Assembly: GCA_019694335.1 (NCBI GenBank)
Contig: JAIBCD010000003.1
Location: forward strand, 16,113 to 80,112
Length of the DNA stretch: 64,000 bases
Source: Rhodospirillaceae bacterium
GTDB lineage: Bacteria; Pseudomonadota; Alphaproteobacteria; Rhodospirillales; Rhodospirillaceae
Direction of reading: 5' to 3'
The position numbers and the translations under genes are program-made. The notes beneath the pieces were generated by a model. That model saw nothing but the letters and a program-made list of their open reading frames with translations, ran no database searches and was not told where the DNA came from. Below are positions 62,126 to 64,000 of this stretch, piece by piece. Numbering within the stretch: position 1 is the first letter of the stretch; each line of letters begins with the position of its first letter.

Positions 62126-64000
62126 CTAGAGGCGGTCGGTAAAATCGACGATCTTCATGGCGGCGTCGAGGCTGGTTTTTCCCTCCAGAACCTTGGTCAC
62201 CGCGTCCTCGATCATCGGGACGAAACCGCCCTTTTCCGCCGCCTTCTTGACCTGGCTGAGCGGCGCTTCGTTAAGCACCAGCTCATCGACCTCTTCATTG
62301 AACGGCAGGATTTCGGAAGCCGCGATCCGCCCCTTGTAGCCGGTCTTGCGGCAGTTATCGCAGCCCCTGGCATGGGCGATCATCGGCGGATTGGCCGGAT
62401 CGGCGCGCAGCAGCTTGCACTCCTCGGCGGTCGCCGGCTTCATTTCCTTGCAGTCGCACAGCTTGCGCACCAGGCGCTGGGCGATGATGCCGATGATGTT
62501 GCCGGACATGAGGCTGGGTTTGAGACCGAGATCGATGAGGCGGGGGATACAGCCGGCGGCATCGTTGGTGTGAAGCGTGGTGTAGACTTGGTGGCCGGTC
62601 ATGGCGGCGCGCAGAGCCATGGTCGCGGTGCCGCTGTCGCGCACTTCGCCCACCAGGATCACGTCGGGATCCTGGCGCATCAGGGTGCGGATACCTTCGG
62701 AGAAGCTGAGCGAGCTGCCTTCGCGCACCTGCGCCTGGCGGATCAGCGACAGTTCGTATTCCACCGGATCCTCGAGCGTCATGATGTTGACGTCGAGGGA
62801 GTTGATGTACGCCATCATGGCGTAGAGCGTGGTGGTCTTGCCCGAACCGGTGGGCCCCGTGACGATGATGATACCCTCGGGCTTTTGCACCATCTTCTTG
62901 ATCAGCGCGAAATTGTGCGGCGTGTACCCCATCTTGTCGATGGTCACCAGCGTCTGGGACTTGTCGAGAATACGGAGCACGACGTTCTCGCCGTGGATGG
63001 TCGGCAGCGATGAGGCGCGGAAGTCGACCTTGCGGTTGCCGATTTCCAGCGTGAAGCGCCCGTCCTGCGGGTTGAGGCGGTCGGCGATATTCATGCCGCC
63101 CATGAGTTTGATTCTGTGGCAGGCCGCGGCCCAGTGGCGCTTGTGCAGGGTGCGGATCTGGGTCATTTCGCCGTCGATGCGATAGCGCAGGCGGAGGAAG
63201 TTGCCTTCCGGCTCGAAGTGCACGTCCGAGGCACCGCTCTTGATGGAGTCGAGCAGCAGCGCGTTCACCAGCCGCACCAGCGGGTGCAGATAGCCGCCCT
63301 CGGTCTGTTCGACGTATTCGGTCTCCTCGTCGTCGCCGGCTTCGCCCGATTCGAGTTCCTTGAGGATGCCTTCGATGGAAAGCTCGTGCCCGTAGTACTG
63401 GTCGATGGCCTTCTGAACGTCGGTGTCGGAGCACACCAACGGCTGGACATTGGTGCCGGCGGGGAAGAAGCGCTTGACCTTGTCGATGGCCAACACATCG
63501 TAGATATCGGCCATGGCAAGGCGCAGTGTCTTGCCGTCGAAGCCGACCGGGAACGCGCGGTAGCGCTGCGCGGCTTCCTTGGGCAGAAGCGCCAGCGCTT
63601 CGGGCTCGACCACGCTCGAGCCCGGCGAGAATCTCTGGAAGCCCGAGCTCTCGGCCAGCACCGCCGACAGCGCCTGTTCAGTGATGAAACCGAGATCGAC
63701 CAGCAGCTCGCCGAGCAGCTTGTTGGACTTGCCCTTTTCCTGGAACGCGACGTCGAGCTGATCCTTGGAGATCAGGCCGCGCTGGACCAGCAGGTCGCCG
63801 ATACGGGCGGTGGTCGGTTTGGTCGCCTCGGCGAGAACCGCCGACAACTTCTGCTCGGTGATGAAGCCGAGCTCGATGATCACTTCACCGAGGAGTTTCG
63901 TGGACTTGGATTTTTCCTGGAACGCGACGTCGAGCTGTTCCTTGGTGATTAGCCCCTTTTCCAGCAGGAGATCGCCGATGCGCACTGTGGGCGCCGCTTT
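62126..64000 (-). CDS. PilB/GspE/MshE-family assembly ATPase with tandem MshEN-type N-terminal modules (5' end probably beyond the window)
   Basis: It has Walker A GPTGSGKTT, LEDPVEYEL, DVILVGEVRD, TGHQVYTTLHT and a tetracysteine CDC...CDNC. The N-terminus has two copies of RIGDLL..(K/R)GLI(T/S)K(E/D)QLDVAFQEK-5 aa-LLGE....LGFITEQ.LSAVLAE. The frame stays open from the GTG at 63985 to position 64000 (KAAPT-), so the real start is likely off-window. Confidence 0.85.
   Translation of the reverse strand, partial: KAAPTVRIGDLLLEKGLITKEQLDVAFQEKSKSTKLLGEVIIELGFITEQKLSAVLAEATKPTTARIGDLLVQRGLISKDQLDVAFQEKGKSNKLLGELLVDLGFITEQALSAVLAESSGFQRFSPGSSVVEPEALALLPKEAAQRYRAFPVGFDGKTLRLAMADIYDVLAIDKVKRFFPAGTNVQPLVCSDTDVQKAIDQYYGHELSIEGILKELESGEAGDDEETEYVEQTEGGYLHPLVRLVNALLLDSIKSGASDVHFEPEGNFLRLRYRIDGEMTQIRTLHKRHWAAACHRIKLMGGMNIADRLNPQDGRFTLEIGNRKVDFRASSLPTIHGENVVLRILDKSQTLVTIDKMGYTPHNFALIKKMVQKPEGIIIVTGPTGSGKTTTLYAMMAYINSLDVNIMTLEDPVEYELSLIRQAQVREGSSLSFSEGIRTLMRQDPDVILVGEVRDSGTATMALRAAMTGHQVYTTLHTNDAAGCIPRLIDLGLKPSLMSGNIIGIIAQRLVRKLCDCKEMKPATAEECKLLRADPANPPMIAHARGCDNCRKTGYKGRIAASEILPFNEEVDELVLNEAPLSQVKKAAEKGGFVPMIEDAVTKVLEGKTSLDAAMKIVDFTDRL

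Noticed and set aside
1-64000. Search for rRNA, tRNA (T-loop GGTTCGAATCC-type), CRISPR arrays, IS elements/transposases, integrases, and toxin-antitoxin or known defence genes
   Set aside because: I recognised none of these on either strand. The only repeats found are the 34-35-bp triplication, the intragenic coding repeats and the two 45-nt hairpin elements.

Overview
This is a 64-kb, very GC-rich, densely coding bacterial chromosomal segment. Hand counts of sample 60-nt lines give about 66-70% GC in the core part. Gene content and local syntenies look alphaproteobacterial: argD-argF-hslO, etfBA-hbd, tlpA/argH-small lipoprotein-lysA-TIGR02302-like, ZitP-like/ftsEX, hisC-tyrC, metXW and DUF2125. 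Positions 1-52.8 kb are mostly housekeeping: Met/Arg/Lys/His/aromatic amino-acid biosynthesis, folate, ETF, class II RNR, FtsEX and LptG. Interspersed are envelope-remodelling modules (two PAP2 phosphatases, an ArnT-like glycosyltransferase, a type III PKS with an ICMT-type methyltransferase), Cu/redox genes (CopCD, HiPIP, peroxiredoxin, GST, ChaC) and several uncharacterised membrane proteins. The most unusual part runs from about 53.0 kb to the window edge. It is a visibly lower-GC (about 50-62% in sampled lines) pilus/secretion-like locus of two convergent operons. The plus operon encodes a prepilin-like protein, a VirB1/IagB-like lytic transglycosylase fused to TPR, PilT and PilU. The minus operon encodes a PilB/MshE-like ATPase with tandem MshEN-type modules (truncated by the window edge), a PilC/GspF platform protein, a GspL/MshI-like bitopic protein, a GspM/PilO-like protein, a small secreted HR/PilP-like protein and a translationally coupled orphan ABC ATPase. 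No secretin, prepilin peptidase or minor-pilin set is visible in the window. Other sequence-level observations are a SAM-II-like leader with an intrinsic terminator before metZ, and a 34-35-bp tandem triplication that includes the 3' end of a giant low-complexity ZitP-like gene. Two copies of a 45-nt hairpin element with compensatory substitutions each lie 1 nt after a TAG stop, and a 45-codon lipoprotein gene falls below the ORF-track threshold. I recognised no rRNA, tRNA, CRISPR array, transposase or integrase. The ORF track reports longest ORFs with alternative starts, so many starts were trimmed by me, and many long ORFs are antisense artefacts of the high GC content.
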